Positions 9,804-19,435 of a stretch of DNA of 64,000 nucleotides are shown here, one piece after another. The notes beneath the pieces are model-generated. The model ran no database searches. It was given only the letters and a program-made list of their open reading frames with translations, and had not been told where the DNA came from. The translations under genes were made by a program, and so were the position numbers. Each line of letters starts with the position of its first letter. The first letter of the stretch is position 1. The stretch covers positions 7,335 to 71,334 of the forward strand of contig JACPCF010000013.1 of NCBI GenBank assembly GCA_016179965.1, given 5' to 3'. This stretch comes from Candidatus Rokuibacteriota bacterium (GTDB lineage: Bacteria; Methylomirabilota; Methylomirabilia; Rokubacteriales; CSP1-6).

Positions 9804-9928
9804 TGCAGGGTCGAGAACTCACGTTCGAGCGCCGGCTTCGCCGGCGCCACCAGAGGGGGAGGTTCGGAAGGGGGACGGAGTCCCCCTCCGAGGCGAGGGA
9901 ACTGCTGGCCACAGCCGGACTGCTTTAG
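9803..9928 (+). CDS. Candidate 41-codon coupled ORF ([41 protein letters not shown])
   Basis: Its ATG overlaps the TAA of the upstream gene (TAATG). Its stop abuts the ilvB SD. Its last 10 aa are identical to the C-terminus of the upstream protein. It spans the palindromic repeat, so coding status is uncertain. Confidence 0.3.
   Translation: MQGRELTFERRLRRRHQRGRFGRGTESPSEARELLATAGLL
9811..9895 (+). repeat. GC-rich palindromic (REP-like) element, copy A
   Basis: Hairpin GCGCCGGC-TTC-GCCGGCGC (9829-9847) and hairpin CGGAAGGGGGA-CGGAG-TCCCCCTCCG (9865-9890). Related copies at 53714-53788, 54308-54390 (inverted) and 45477-45694. Confidence 0.6.
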
Positions 9929-9939
9929 GAGGGGAGGAG

Positions 9940-11700
9940 TTGGCAGTGAAACTCACGGGAGCGCGGATCTTTCTGGAGTGTCTGAAGCGGGAGGGAGTGG
10001 ACGTGGTGTTCGGGCTGCCGGGCGGGGCGGTGCTGCCGGTCTACGACGCCCTGTATGACTTCCCCGGGCTGCGCCACATCCTCGTTCGTCAGGAAGCGGC
10101 GGCGGGTCATGCGGCCGAGGGATACGCCCGGACCACGGGGAAGGTCGGAGTCGCCCTCGTCACGTCGGGGCCGGCGGCCACCAATCTGGTGACCGCGCTC
10201 CAGGACGCCTACATGGATTCCATCCCGATCGTGGCCTTCACGGGACAGGTCCCCACCCACATGATCGGCAACGACGCGTTTCAGGAGGCCGACAACGTCG
10301 GGATCACGCGCTCCTGCACGAAGCACAACTTCCTCGTGAAGGACGGCAAGGACCTGGCCCCCACGATCAAGGAGGCCTTCTACATCGCCGCCACCGGCCG
10401 GCCGGGACCGGTCCATGTCGATCTGCCCAAAGACGTCCTGGTGAAGGAGTGGCCCTTCGAGTACCCGGAGAAGATTTCCCTCCGCTCGTACAACCCCACC
10501 TACGACGGCCACCCGGGGCAGATCAAGAAGGCGGCGAGCGCGATGCTCAGGGCCAAGCGGCCGGTGCTGTACGTCGGCGGGGGCGCGATCTCATCGGACG
10601 CCGCCGCCGAGGTCCGGCGGCTCGCGGAGTTGACCCAGATCTACGTGACCACGACGCTGATGGGGCTCGGTGCCTTCCCCTCCGAGCACCCGCTCTCCCT
10701 CGAAATGCTCGGGATGCACGGCACCTACTACGCGAACATGGCGGTCCACCATTCCGACTGCCTGGTCGCGGTGGGGGCGCGGTTCGACGACCGGGTGACC
10801 GGCAAGGTAGAGATGTTCGCGCCCAACGCGGAGATCATCCACATCGACATCGACCCCTCGTCCATCTCCAAGAACATCCAGGTTCACATCCCGATCGTGG
10901 GCGACTGCCGCCGGGTGCTCGCCCGGCTGATCAAGGAGGTGGAGGGCGAGACCCGCGAGGGTGTCCCCTCGCTGGTCCGCGAAGCGCGCAAGCAGTGGGC
11001 GGAGCAGATCGCGCGCTGGAAGGCTGAGTTCCCGCTGCGCTACGACTGGGACGACGAGGTGATCAAACCGCAGTACGTCATCCAGGAAATCTCGAACCTC
11101 ACGCGCGGCGAGGCCCTCATCGTCACCGGCGTGGGGCAGCACCAGATGTGGGCGGCCCAGTACTACCGCTTCAAGCATCCCAGGGCCTGGTGCACGTCCG
11201 GCGGCCTCGGGACCATGGGCTACGGCCTGCCCACCGCCCTGGGGGTCCAGGCGGCCCACCCGGACCAGCTCGTCGTCAACATCGACGGCGACGGGAGCTT
11301 CGTCATGAACAGCCAGGAGCTGGCCACGGTCTACGAGAGCCGGCTGCCGGTGAAGACCGTGATCATCAACAACGGCTACCACGGCATGGTGCGCCAGTGG
11401 CAGGAGATTATCTACAAGGAGCGCTACTGCGCCATCGACCTGTCGGCGAGCCCTGATTTCGTGAAGCTGGCCGAGGCCTATGGGTGCGTCGGGATCCGCG
11501 CCACCAAGCCGAGCGAAGTGGTCCCGGCGCTGGAGAAGGCGTTCTCGACCCCCGGCCCCGTGGTGGTGGACATGCAGGTGGATCGGGAGGAGGACGTGTT
11601 CCCGATGGTCCCGGCCGGCGGGGCCAACAAGGACATGATCCTCGAGCGCCCCAACAAGGATGTGAAGGCCAAAGCCGCCAAGTCGCAGACCGGCTTTTAG
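9940..11700 (+). CDS. ilvB: Acetolactate synthase (acetohydroxyacid synthase) large subunit
   Basis: 586 aa ThDP enzyme ([32 protein letters not shown]; [14 protein letters not shown]; IDGDGSF). TTG 9940 or GTG 9946 start, after SD AGGAGGGGAGGAG. Confidence 0.95.
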   Translation: MAVKLTGARIFLECLKREGVDVVFGLPGGAVLPVYDALYDFPGLRHILVRQEAAAGHAAEGYARTTGKVGVALVTSGPAATNLVTALQDAYMDSIPIVAFTGQVPTHMIGNDAFQEADNVGITRSCTKHNFLVKDGKDLAPTIKEAFYIAATGRPGPVHVDLPKDVLVKEWPFEYPEKISLRSYNPTYDGHPGQIKKAASAMLRAKRPVLYVGGGAISSDAAAEVRRLAELTQIYVTTTLMGLGAFPSEHPLSLEMLGMHGTYYANMAVHHSDCLVAVGARFDDRVTGKVEMFAPNAEIIHIDIDPSSISKNIQVHIPIVGDCRRVLARLIKEVEGETREGVPSLVREARKQWAEQIARWKAEFPLRYDWDDEVIKPQYVIQEISNLTRGEALIVTGVGQHQMWAAQYYRFKHPRAWCTSGGLGTMGYGLPTALGVQAAHPDQLVVNIDGDGSFVMNSQELATVYESRLPVKTVIINNGYHGMVRQWQEIIYKERYCAIDLSASPDFVKLAEAYGCVGIRATKPSEVVPALEKAFSTPGPVVVDMQVDREEDVFPMVPAGGANKDMILERPNKDVKAKAAKSQTGF

Positions 11701-11717
11701 GGAAAGGACGAGAGACG

Positions 11718-12311
11718 TTGCAGAACGGAAGCGAGCCGAAAAAGCATACGATCGCAGTGCTGGTGGAGAACCGGTTTGGCGTCCTCTCGCGCGTCGCCGG
11801 GCTCTTCAGCGCGCGCGGGTACAACATCGAGAGCCTGTCGGTGGGCGAGACGCTCGATCCCACGGTCTCGCGGATGACGCTGGTCGTCCGGGGGGACGAG
11901 TTCGTCATGGAGCAGGTCATCAAGCAGCTCCACAAGCTCATCGACGTCATCAAGGTCACCGACCTCACCGAGGAGAATCACGTCGAGCGCGAGATGATTC
12001 TCTTGAAGGTCAACGCCGAGCCGGCCTCCCGGGCGGAAATTCTTCGGATCGCCGACATTTTCAGGGCGAAGGTCGTGGACGTGACGCCGACGACCTATAC
12101 CCTGGAGGCCACCGGCGACGAGACGAAGGTCACCGCGATCGTGGAGCTGGTTCGCCCCTTCGGCATCCAGGAACTGGTCCGAACCGGAAAGGTGGCCATC
12201 GCGCGGGGGGCGAAGGCGCGGGGCCGCAAGGCGGAGGAGAAACTGGGCAAGGTCGTGGAGCCGGCCCCGGCGTCGAAGGAGCCCGTCCGGGACATCGGCT
12301 TCGAGGATTGA
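11718..12311 (+). CDS. ilvN: Acetolactate synthase small (regulatory) subunit
   Basis: ACT domain [37 protein letters not shown] start at 11718, 18 nt after the ilvB stop; the track ORF start at 11484 lies inside ilvB. Confidence 0.9.
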   Translation: MQNGSEPKKHTIAVLVENRFGVLSRVAGLFSARGYNIESLSVGETLDPTVSRMTLVVRGDEFVMEQVIKQLHKLIDVIKVTDLTEENHVEREMILLKVNAEPASRAEILRIADIFRAKVVDVTPTTYTLEATGDETKVTAIVELVRPFGIQELVRTGKVAIARGAKARGRKAEEKLGKVVEPAPASKEPVRDIGFED

Positions 12312-12327
12312 AGAGGAGGGCATCACC

Positions 12328-13332
12328 GTGCCAGCCAGAATTTACTACGATCAGGACGCGGATCTGGGATTGCTCCGGGGCAAGAAGATCGCGATCATCG
12401 GCTACGGCAGCCAGGGGCACGCCCACGCCCTGAACCTGAAGGACTCGGGGCAGGACGTGGTCGTGGGGCTCTACAAGGGCTCCAAGAGCTGGACCAAGGC
12501 GGAAAAGGACGGGGTCAAGGTCGCCACGGTGGCGGAGGCGGCCCAGATGGCCGACCTGATCATGATCCTCCTGCCGGACCAGAGCCAGCGCCAGGTCTAT
12601 GAGGAGTCCATCAAGGGCGGCCTCGGCAAGGGCAAGACCCTGATGTTCGCCCACGGCTTCAACATCCACTTCAACCAGGTGGTGCCGCCCTCGGATGTGG
12701 ACGTGTCGATGATCGCGCCCAAGGCCCCCGGCCACGTCATGCGGGACCTCTTCACCCAGGGGCCCGGCGTCCCCGCGCTGCTGGCGGTGTACCAGGACGT
12801 GTCGGGGAAGGCCAGGGACGTGGCCCTTGCCTACGGCAGGGGCGTCGGCTGCACCCGGGCCGGCGTCATCGAGACCACGTTCAAGGAGGAAACGGAGACC
12901 GACCTGTTCGGCGAGCAGACGACCCTCTGCGGCGGCGTCTCTCACCTGATCAAGGCCGCGTTCGAGACCCTCGTGGAGGCCGGCTACCAGCCCGAGGTCG
13001 CGTACTTCGAGTGCATGCACGAGATGAAGCTGATCGTGGACCTGTTCTACCAGGGCGGCTTGGCCTACATGCGTTACTCGGTCTCCGACACCGCCGAGTA
13101 CGGCGACTACACGCGGGGCCCGCGCATCATCAACGACGCCGCGCGGGGCGAGATGAAGAAGATCCTGGCGGAGATCCAGTCCGGCCAGTTCGCGCGCGAG
13201 TGGGTCCTGGAGAACCAGGCCAACCGGGCGCAGTTCCTCGCCATGCGCAAGCGCGACGCCCAGCATCCCATCGAGGAGGTCGGCAAGCGCCTCCGGGGGA
13301 TGATGAGCTGGATCAAGCCGCCGCGGATGTAA
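12328..13332 (+). CDS. ilvC: Ketol-acid reductoisomerase
   Basis: 334 aa with [24 protein letters not shown] start after SD GAGGAGGG. Confidence 0.95.
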   Translation: MPARIYYDQDADLGLLRGKKIAIIGYGSQGHAHALNLKDSGQDVVVGLYKGSKSWTKAEKDGVKVATVAEAAQMADLIMILLPDQSQRQVYEESIKGGLGKGKTLMFAHGFNIHFNQVVPPSDVDVSMIAPKAPGHVMRDLFTQGPGVPALLAVYQDVSGKARDVALAYGRGVGCTRAGVIETTFKEETETDLFGEQTTLCGGVSHLIKAAFETLVEAGYQPEVAYFECMHEMKLIVDLFYQGGLAYMRYSVSDTAEYGDYTRGPRIINDAARGEMKKILAEIQSGQFAREWVLENQANRAQFLAMRKRDAQHPIEEVGKRLRGMMSWIKPPRM

Positions 13333-13341
13333 GATAGAGGA

Positions 13342-13974
13342 ATGAGAGCGCGGATCCCCGTCGCCCCGGAAGGCTGGCCGTTCATCCTGATCCCAGGCGC
13401 GGCGGCCTGCGCGCTGGGGTGGCTCGGCTGGTGGTGGCCTGCGGGTGGTCTGGGGCTGGCGGCGCTCGCGGCGCTGGCCTTCTTCAGGGATCCGGAGCGG
13501 AGGCCGCCCGGCATTCCGGGGGCCGTGTTGGCCCCGGCGGATGGGAGAGTCAGGGAGATCCGGGAGCTGAGCGACCCGTTCGTGGGCGAGGCAGTGCGGG
13601 TGTCGATCTTCCTGTCGCCCCTGGACGTGCACGTCAACCGGTCGCCCATCGCGGCGCTGGTGAGCGAGGTGGAGTACCGCGCGGGGCGCTTCCTGGCGGC
13701 GTACCGCCCCGAGGCCTCGGAGGAGAACGAGCGCTGCCGGATCGCCTTGCAGGGCGAAGCGGCACGGGTGACGGTGACGCAGATCGCAGGGGTGGCGGCG
13801 CGCCGGGTGGTGTGCCGGGTGCGAGCGGGCGACAAGCTCCGGGCGGGGGAGCGCTTCGGCTTGATCCGCTTCGGGTCGCGGACGGACCTTTTCATGCCCA
13901 AGGGCACCGACCTCCGGTGCCGGCCGGGCGAGCAGGTGCGGGGAGGAGAGACGATCATGGGAGTGCTCCGATGA
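13342..13974 (+). CDS. psd: Phosphatidylserine decarboxylase proenzyme (short form)
   Basis: 210 aa with a self-cleavage-type FGSRTD motif near the C-terminus. Sits next to pssA. Confidence 0.85.
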   Translation: MRARIPVAPEGWPFILIPGAAACALGWLGWWWPAGGLGLAALAALAFFRDPERRPPGIPGAVLAPADGRVREIRELSDPFVGEAVRVSIFLSPLDVHVNRSPIAALVSEVEYRAGRFLAAYRPEASEENERCRIALQGEAARVTVTQIAGVAARRVVCRVRAGDKLRAGERFGLIRFGSRTDLFMPKGTDLRCRPGEQVRGGETIMGVLR

Positions 13975-14780
13975 GACGCCGGCTGATCGGCGGCGGGGGC
14001 GCGGGGGCCGCGCGGCGGCGCCGGTGGCAGGTCCTGAGGGAAAAGCGCCGCCGCGGGATCTTCCTGCTGCCGAGCCTCCTGACCACCGCGAATCTGTTCT
14101 GCGGGTTCCTGGCGATTCTGCTGACGGCGAACGGCCGGTACGAGCAGGCTGCGGTGGCCATTATCGCGGCGATCGTGCTTGACATCCTCGATGGCAAGGT
14201 GGCGCGCCTCACGAATACCACCACCCAGTTCGGGCTCGAGTTCGACTCGCTGGCCGACCTGGTGTCGTTCTGCGTGGCCCCGGCCTTCCTCCTGTATGCC
14301 TGGGGGCTGTCGCAGCTGGGGCGGGCCGCCTGGCTCGCCGCCTTCCTGTTCGTGATCTGCGGGGCGATCCGGCTGGCCCGGTTCAATGTCCATGCCGGGC
14401 TGCTGGACCGCCGCTTTTTCGTCGGGCTGCCGACGCCGGCAGCCGCCGGCCTCGCGGCCGCCACGGTGCTCCTCCTGGTGGACGACGAGGTTCCCCGCTG
14501 GGGATTGCTGGCCATCAGCGCCGCCACGTACCTGGTGGCGGTGTTGATGGTGTCAACCTTCCGCTACTGGAGCTTCAAGGAAGTGGACCTCTCCCGGCGT
14601 CACCGGGTGGGGATCCTGCTGCTGGTGGTGCTCACCGTGCTGATCATCGCCACGGCGCCCCAGTTCTTCCTCTTCATTCTGTTCGGGCTCTACGTCCTGT
14701 CGGGTCCCGCGCGCCGCCTGTGGGTGCGGAAGCCGGAGGGCGCGTCGAGCGTGGACACCGGGCGGAAGGACAGCACCTAA
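13971..14780 (+). CDS. pssA: CDP-diacylglycerol--serine O-phosphatidyltransferase
   Basis: CDP-alcohol phosphatidyltransferase motif (DILDGKVARLTNTTTQFGLEFDSLADLV). ATG overlaps the psd stop (ATGA). Arg/Gly-rich N-terminal extension. Confidence 0.85.
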   Translation: MRRRLIGGGGAGAARRRRWQVLREKRRRGIFLLPSLLTTANLFCGFLAILLTANGRYEQAAVAIIAAIVLDILDGKVARLTNTTTQFGLEFDSLADLVSFCVAPAFLLYAWGLSQLGRAAWLAAFLFVICGAIRLARFNVHAGLLDRRFFVGLPTPAAAGLAAATVLLLVDDEVPRWGLLAISAATYLVAVLMVSTFRYWSFKEVDLSRRHRVGILLLVVLTVLIIATAPQFFLFILFGLYVLSGPARRLWVRKPEGASSVDTGRKDST

Positions 14781-14794
14781 ACGCCAACGAGCGT

Positions 14795-16354
14795 ATGTCG
14801 GAGGGGGTCATGAACCGCGTCATCATATTTGACACCACGTTGAGGGACGGGGAGCAGGCGCCGGGCTTTTCGATGAACACCATGGAAAAACTCGAGATGG
14901 CCCGGCAGTTGGCCCGGCTCAACGTGGACGTCGTCGAAGCCGGGTTCCCCATTTCGTCGGACGAGGACTTCGAAGCCACGCGGGAGGTCGCGCGCCAGGT
15001 CGGGACGCTGGAGGGGGCGCCGATCGTCTGCGGCCTCTCCCGCGTGGGGCTGGCGGACATCGACCGCTGCTGGGAGGCGGTCAAGTACGCGCGGCGCCCA
15101 CGCATTCACACCTTCGTGGCGACCTCGGACATCCACCTGAAGTACAAGCTGCGGAAGACGCGCGCCGAGGTGCTGAAGGCCGCGGTGGATGCGGTGAAGC
15201 ACGCGCGCGCCTACTGCGCGGACGTGGAGTTCTCGCCGGAGGATGCGTCCCGGTCCGACTTCGAGTACATGTGCGACGTGCTGGAAGCCGTGATCGACGC
15301 CGGGGCCACGACCATCAACATCCCCGACACCGTCGGGTACGCCATCCCGCAGGAGTGGGGGGAGCGCATCGCCCGAATCCGCCAGCGCGTCAAGAACGTG
15401 GACAAGGCGGTGCTCTCGGTCCACTGCCACAACGACCTGGGGCAGGCGGTGGCCAACTCGCTCGTGGCCATCATGAACGGCGCCCGGCAGGTGGAGTGCA
15501 CGATCAACGGCATCGGCGAGCGCGCGGGCAACGCCTCCCTCGAAGAGATCGTGATGTCGCTCCGGACCCGGAAGGACTTCTTCGGCATCGATACCCAGGT
15601 GAAGACGGAGGAGATCTTCCGCGCCTCCCGGCTCCTCTCCCACATCACGGGGGTGCACGTCCAGCCGAACAAGGCCGTCGTCGGCGAGAACGCCTTTGCC
15701 CACGAGGCGGGCATTCACCAGGACGGCGTCCTGAAGGAGAAGCTCACCTACGAGATCATGCGCCCCCAGGACATCGGGCGCTCCTCCAACAAGCTCGTGA
15801 TGGGGAAGCACTCGGGGCGCCACGCGCTGGCGGCGCGTCTCAAGGATCTCGGGTTCGAACTGGAGGGGGCCGAGCTGGACAAGGCGTTCAAGAAGTTCAA
15901 GGACCTCGCGGACAAGAAGAAGGAAGTGTACGACGACGACCTGATCGCGATCGTGCAGGATGAGATGACGCACGTTCTGGAGACGTATACCCTCGACTAC
16001 CTGCACGTGATCAGCGGGACGAGCATCGTCCCGTCGGCCACGATCCGGCTCAGCAAGGAGGGGCAGGTCTTCCAGGACTCCGGGGTCGGGGACGGACCGG
16101 TGGACGCCGCGCTGAACGCGATCGACGCGGTGACCGGGCTCAAGGGGCGTCTCCTGGATTATCAGCTGCGGGCCATCACCGGCGGGAAGGACGCGATCGG
16201 CGAGGTGTCGGTCAAGGTGGATTTCGACGGCACGGTGGTGACCGGCAAGGGGGCGTCCACCGACGTCATCGAGGCGAGCGCCCGCGCCTACGTGAACGCG
16301 CTCAATCGCGCAGTCCATCCGGTGGCACTGCGCGTCAAGGAGAGCGGCCCGTAA
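14795..16354 (+). CDS. leuA: 2-isopropylmalate synthase
   Basis: IIFDTTLRDGEQAPGFSM and HCHNDLGQAVANS motifs plus a C-terminal LeuA dimer/regulatory domain. ATG 14795; alternative ATG at 14810. Confidence 0.9.
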   Translation: MSEGVMNRVIIFDTTLRDGEQAPGFSMNTMEKLEMARQLARLNVDVVEAGFPISSDEDFEATREVARQVGTLEGAPIVCGLSRVGLADIDRCWEAVKYARRPRIHTFVATSDIHLKYKLRKTRAEVLKAAVDAVKHARAYCADVEFSPEDASRSDFEYMCDVLEAVIDAGATTINIPDTVGYAIPQEWGERIARIRQRVKNVDKAVLSVHCHNDLGQAVANSLVAIMNGARQVECTINGIGERAGNASLEEIVMSLRTRKDFFGIDTQVKTEEIFRASRLLSHITGVHVQPNKAVVGENAFAHEAGIHQDGVLKEKLTYEIMRPQDIGRSSNKLVMGKHSGRHALAARLKDLGFELEGAELDKAFKKFKDLADKKKEVYDDDLIAIVQDEMTHVLETYTLDYLHVISGTSIVPSATIRLSKEGQVFQDSGVGDGPVDAALNAIDAVTGLKGRLLDYQLRAITGGKDAIGEVSVKVDFDGTVVTGKGASTDVIEASARAYVNALNRAVHPVALRVKESGP

Positions 16355-16388
16355 GGGATCCGAAGGACTTAAACCATCTCGACCCAGG

Positions 16389-16420
16389 GGAGAGCCCGGA
16401 CACGGGCTCTTCTCCTCTTG
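16389..16420 (+). other. Hairpin between leuA and leuC (weak terminator/attenuator candidate)
   Basis: GGAGAGCCCG-GACA-CGGGCTCTTC (10 bp including one G:U pair) followed by a pyrimidine-rich TCCTCTTG tail. No clean U-run. Confidence 0.3.
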
Positions 16421-16430
16421 AGGCACGGCG

Positions 16431-17699
16431 ATGCCGATGACGATCACCGAGAAGATCCTGGCGGCCCACGCCGACAGGAAGGAAGTGCATCCGGGGGAGC
16501 TGGTCACCTGCCGGCTCGACCTGCTCATGGGCAACGACATCACGGCTCCCATCGCCATCAAGGAGTTCGAGAAGGTGGGGGCGACGTCCATCTTCGACCC
16601 CGACCGCCTGGCGATCGTGCTGAGTCACTTCGTCCCGGCCAAGGACATCAAGTCCGCGGACCAGTGTCGGATCGCGCGTGTGTTCGCCCGGAAGCACCGC
16701 CTCAAGTACTTCTACGACGAGGGACGCGGCGGCATCGAGCACATCCTCCTTCCCCAGGAGGGGCTCGTGGTGCCCGGCGACATCGTGCTCGGCGCCGATT
16801 CGCACTCCTGCACCTACGGGGGCCTCGGGTGCTTCGGCACGGGGGTGGGCTCCACCGACCTGGCGGCGGCGATGATCACCGGGGAGACCTGGTTCAAGGT
16901 CCCGGAGTCGATGAAGTTCCACTTCTACGGCCGCCTCGCGCCCTGGGCCTCGGCCAAGGACCTGATCCTCTACACCATCGGCCAGATCAGCGTTGACGGC
17001 GCCACGTATCGCGCCATGGAGTTCACCGGCGAGGTGGTGGAACGGCTTCCCGTGGACCAGCGGCTCACCCTCTGCAACATGGCGATCGAGGCCGGTGGCA
17101 AGAGCGGGATCGTCGCGCCCGACGCGATCACGCTCGAGTACGTGAAGCCACGCGCCAAGCGTCCGTGGCGCCTGTACACGTCCGACCCCAACGCCGCCTA
17201 CCATTCGGTGTACGAATGGGACGTCGGGAAGATCGGGCTGCAGGTGGCGTGCCCGTACTCGCCAGACAACGTGAAGCCGCTGGAGGAGGTCGCGGGGGTG
17301 GACGTGGACCAGGTCTTCATCGGCTCCTGCACCAACGCCCGCATGGAGGACCTCCGCATCGCCGCCCGGATCATGCGCGGCAAGAAGGTGGCGCCGTACG
17401 TGCGCTGCATCGTCATTCCCGCTACTCATCAGGTCTTCCAGGAGGCCCTCAAGGAAGGTCTCATCGAGGTGTTCTCTGAGGCGGGGTGCGCCATCTCGGA
17501 GGCCACCTGCGGGCCCTGCCTCGGCGGCTTCAACGGCGTGCTCGGCGCCGAGGAGGTGTGCCTCAGCACCTCGAACCGCAACTTCCCCGGCCGGATGGGC
17601 CATCCGAAGGCCAAGGTCTACCTGGCCAGCCCGGCGGTGGCAGCGGCCACGGCGATCAGGGGAAAGATCGCGCATCCGGAAGAAGTCGCGGCGGCCTGA
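16431..17699 (+). CDS. leuC: 3-isopropylmalate dehydratase large subunit
   Basis: 422 aa aconitase-family protein (GADSHSCTYGGLG; IGSCTNARMEDL; CGPCLG). Confidence 0.9.
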   Translation: MPMTITEKILAAHADRKEVHPGELVTCRLDLLMGNDITAPIAIKEFEKVGATSIFDPDRLAIVLSHFVPAKDIKSADQCRIARVFARKHRLKYFYDEGRGGIEHILLPQEGLVVPGDIVLGADSHSCTYGGLGCFGTGVGSTDLAAAMITGETWFKVPESMKFHFYGRLAPWASAKDLILYTIGQISVDGATYRAMEFTGEVVERLPVDQRLTLCNMAIEAGGKSGIVAPDAITLEYVKPRAKRPWRLYTSDPNAAYHSVYEWDVGKIGLQVACPYSPDNVKPLEEVAGVDVDQVFIGSCTNARMEDLRIAARIMRGKKVAPYVRCIVIPATHQVFQEALKEGLIEVFSEAGCAISEATCGPCLGGFNGVLGAEEVCLSTSNRNFPGRMGHPKAKVYLASPAVAAATAIRGKIAHPEEVAAA

Positions 17700-17709
17700 G
17701 GGAGGGCCC

Positions 17710-18249
17710 ATGAACCTGTACGGCAAGGCGTGGAAGTTCGGCGACAACTTGGACACCGACCAGATCATTCCGGCTCGCTACCTCGTCACGTCGGACCCCG
17801 AGGAACTGGGCAAGCACTGCATGGAGGACGCGGAGCCCGAGTTCGCCAAGAAGGTGAGGATCGGGGATGTCCTCGTGGGGCTCAAGAACTTCGGTTGCGG
17901 GTCGTCGCGGGAGCACGCCCCGATCTCCATCAAGGCGGCGGGCGTGTCCGCCGTGATCGCCAAGTCCTTCGCCCGGATCTTCTACCGGAACTCGATCAAC
18001 CTGGGGCTCCCCCTCTTCGAAACCGATGCCGCAGAGCGCATCGAGCAGGGGGACGACCTGGAGCTCAATCCCGCCACTGGGGAGATCAAGAACTTGACCA
18101 AGGGGGAGCGGTACCAGGCCCAGCCGCTCCCCGAGTTCGCCCGGGAGATCATGGCCGCCGGGGGGCTGATGAAGTACGTGGCGAAGAAGAAGGGGCTCGG
18201 GAACGCGGAGGGCCCGACGCCGTCCGCCTACGACGCGCGCCAGGACTAG
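17710..18249 (+). CDS. leuD: 3-isopropylmalate dehydratase small subunit
   Basis: 179 aa swivel-domain protein (GKAWKFGDNLDTDQIIPARYL; NFGCGSSREHAP). Confidence 0.9.
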   Translation: MNLYGKAWKFGDNLDTDQIIPARYLVTSDPEELGKHCMEDAEPEFAKKVRIGDVLVGLKNFGCGSSREHAPISIKAAGVSAVIAKSFARIFYRNSINLGLPLFETDAAERIEQGDDLELNPATGEIKNLTKGERYQAQPLPEFAREIMAAGGLMKYVAKKKGLGNAEGPTPSAYDARQD

Positions 18250-18252
18250 CGG

Positions 18253-19359
18253 ATGCCGACCCGGAAGATCGCGGTGCTCCCCGGCGACGGGATCGGCCAG
18301 GAGGTGATCCCGGAGGCCATCAAGGTGCTCAGGGTGGTGGCCAAGGCGTCTGGCGCGAGTTTTGAGTTCGAGGAGGGGCTGGTAGGCGGGGCCGCCATTG
18401 ACGAGACGGGCGGTCCCCTGCCGGACTCGACGTTCCGACTCTGCGAAGCCAGCGATGCCATCCTCTTCGGGGCGGTCGGCGGGCCGAAGTGGGACGATTT
18501 CCCCCACGAGCGGCGACCCGAGCGGGGGCTCCTCCGGCTCCGGAAGGAGCTGGACCTGTTCGCGAACCTCCGGCCCGCCAAGTGCTTCTCGATGCTCGTC
18601 GAGGCTTCCCCCCTGCGCCGGTCCGTAGTAGAGGGCACGGACCTCATGGTGGTCCGGGAGCTGACCGGCGGGCTCTATTTCGGCGAGCCCCACGGGATCG
18701 AGCGAATGGCCGACGGGAGCGCCCACGCCGTCAACACCATGTCCTACACCTCGCGGGAGATCGAGCGGGTGGCGCGGGTGGCCTTCGACGTGGCCCGCAA
18801 GCGGCGAAAGCGGCTGACCTCGGTGGACAAGGCCAACGTCCTCGTCGTCTCCCAGCTGTGGCGGGAAGTGGTGACTCAGGTGGCGCGGGCCTACCCGGAC
18901 GTCGCGCTCGAGCACGTCCTGGTGGACAACTGCGCGATGGCCCTGGTCGCCCGGCCGACGCAGTTCGATACGATCGTGACGGAGAATACCTTCGGTGATA
19001 TCCTGTCTGATGAGGCCGCGATTCTGGCTGGGTCCATGGGGATGCTGCCCTCGGCGAGCCTCGGCGGCCGGGGACCCACGCCGGAGCGTGGGTGCGCGCT
19101 CTACGAGCCGGTTCACGGGACCGCGCCTGACATCGCGGGGAAGGGGGTCGCCAACCCGATCGCGGCGATCCTCTCGGCGGCCATGCTGCTGCGGCATTCG
19201 CTGAACATGGCCGCGGACGCGGAGAAAGTCGAGGCCGGGGTCGTGCGGGTGCTGGAGAAGGGGTACCGGACGGCGGACATCCGCCAGGACGGAACGACCG
19301 CGGTGGGCACGAGCGAGATGGGTGATCTGATCGCGCGCGAGGTGCTCGCGCTTTATTAG
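18253..19359 (+). CDS. leuB: 3-isopropylmalate dehydrogenase
   Basis: 368 aa (IAVLPGDGIGQEV; NTFGDILSDEAA; EPVHGTAPDIAGKGVANP). Confidence 0.95.
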   Translation: MPTRKIAVLPGDGIGQEVIPEAIKVLRVVAKASGASFEFEEGLVGGAAIDETGGPLPDSTFRLCEASDAILFGAVGGPKWDDFPHERRPERGLLRLRKELDLFANLRPAKCFSMLVEASPLRRSVVEGTDLMVVRELTGGLYFGEPHGIERMADGSAHAVNTMSYTSREIERVARVAFDVARKRRKRLTSVDKANVLVVSQLWREVVTQVARAYPDVALEHVLVDNCAMALVARPTQFDTIVTENTFGDILSDEAAILAGSMGMLPSASLGGRGPTPERGCALYEPVHGTAPDIAGKGVANPIAAILSAAMLLRHSLNMAADAEKVEAGVVRVLEKGYRTADIRQDGTTAVGTSEMGDLIAREVLALY

Positions 19360-19435
19360 TCGGCTAGCGGGGTCAGGTCTTGCAATGCAACACGGACCGC
19401 ACCGCGGATCGCTAGTCGCGGGGAGCTGATAGGCC

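Noticed and set aside
9803-9928. The 41-codon ORF upstream of ilvB as a classical branched-chain amino-acid leader-peptide attenuator.
   Set aside because: It has no run of Val/Ile/Leu codons (it is Arg-rich with scattered Leu). The hairpins are not followed by a U-tract terminator. The hairpins belong to a repeat family found at unrelated loci.
13971-14060. Arg/Gly-rich N-terminal extension of PssA (MRRRLIGGGGAGAARRRRWQVLREKRRR) as another repeat-element insertion.
   Set aside because: It has no hairpin or GGAGG...CCCTCC module comparable to the repeat family. There is no alternative in-frame start before the conserved GIFLLPSLLT segment. It is treated as a genuine, if unusual, cytoplasmic N-terminus.
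19360-19435. Repeated TAGTCG..CGGGG motifs and a TTGCAATGCAA palindrome between leuB and asd as an operator or terminator.
   Set aside because: The stems are short and imperfect, there is no U-tract, and there is no second occurrence elsewhere in the window. The evidence is too weak to call.
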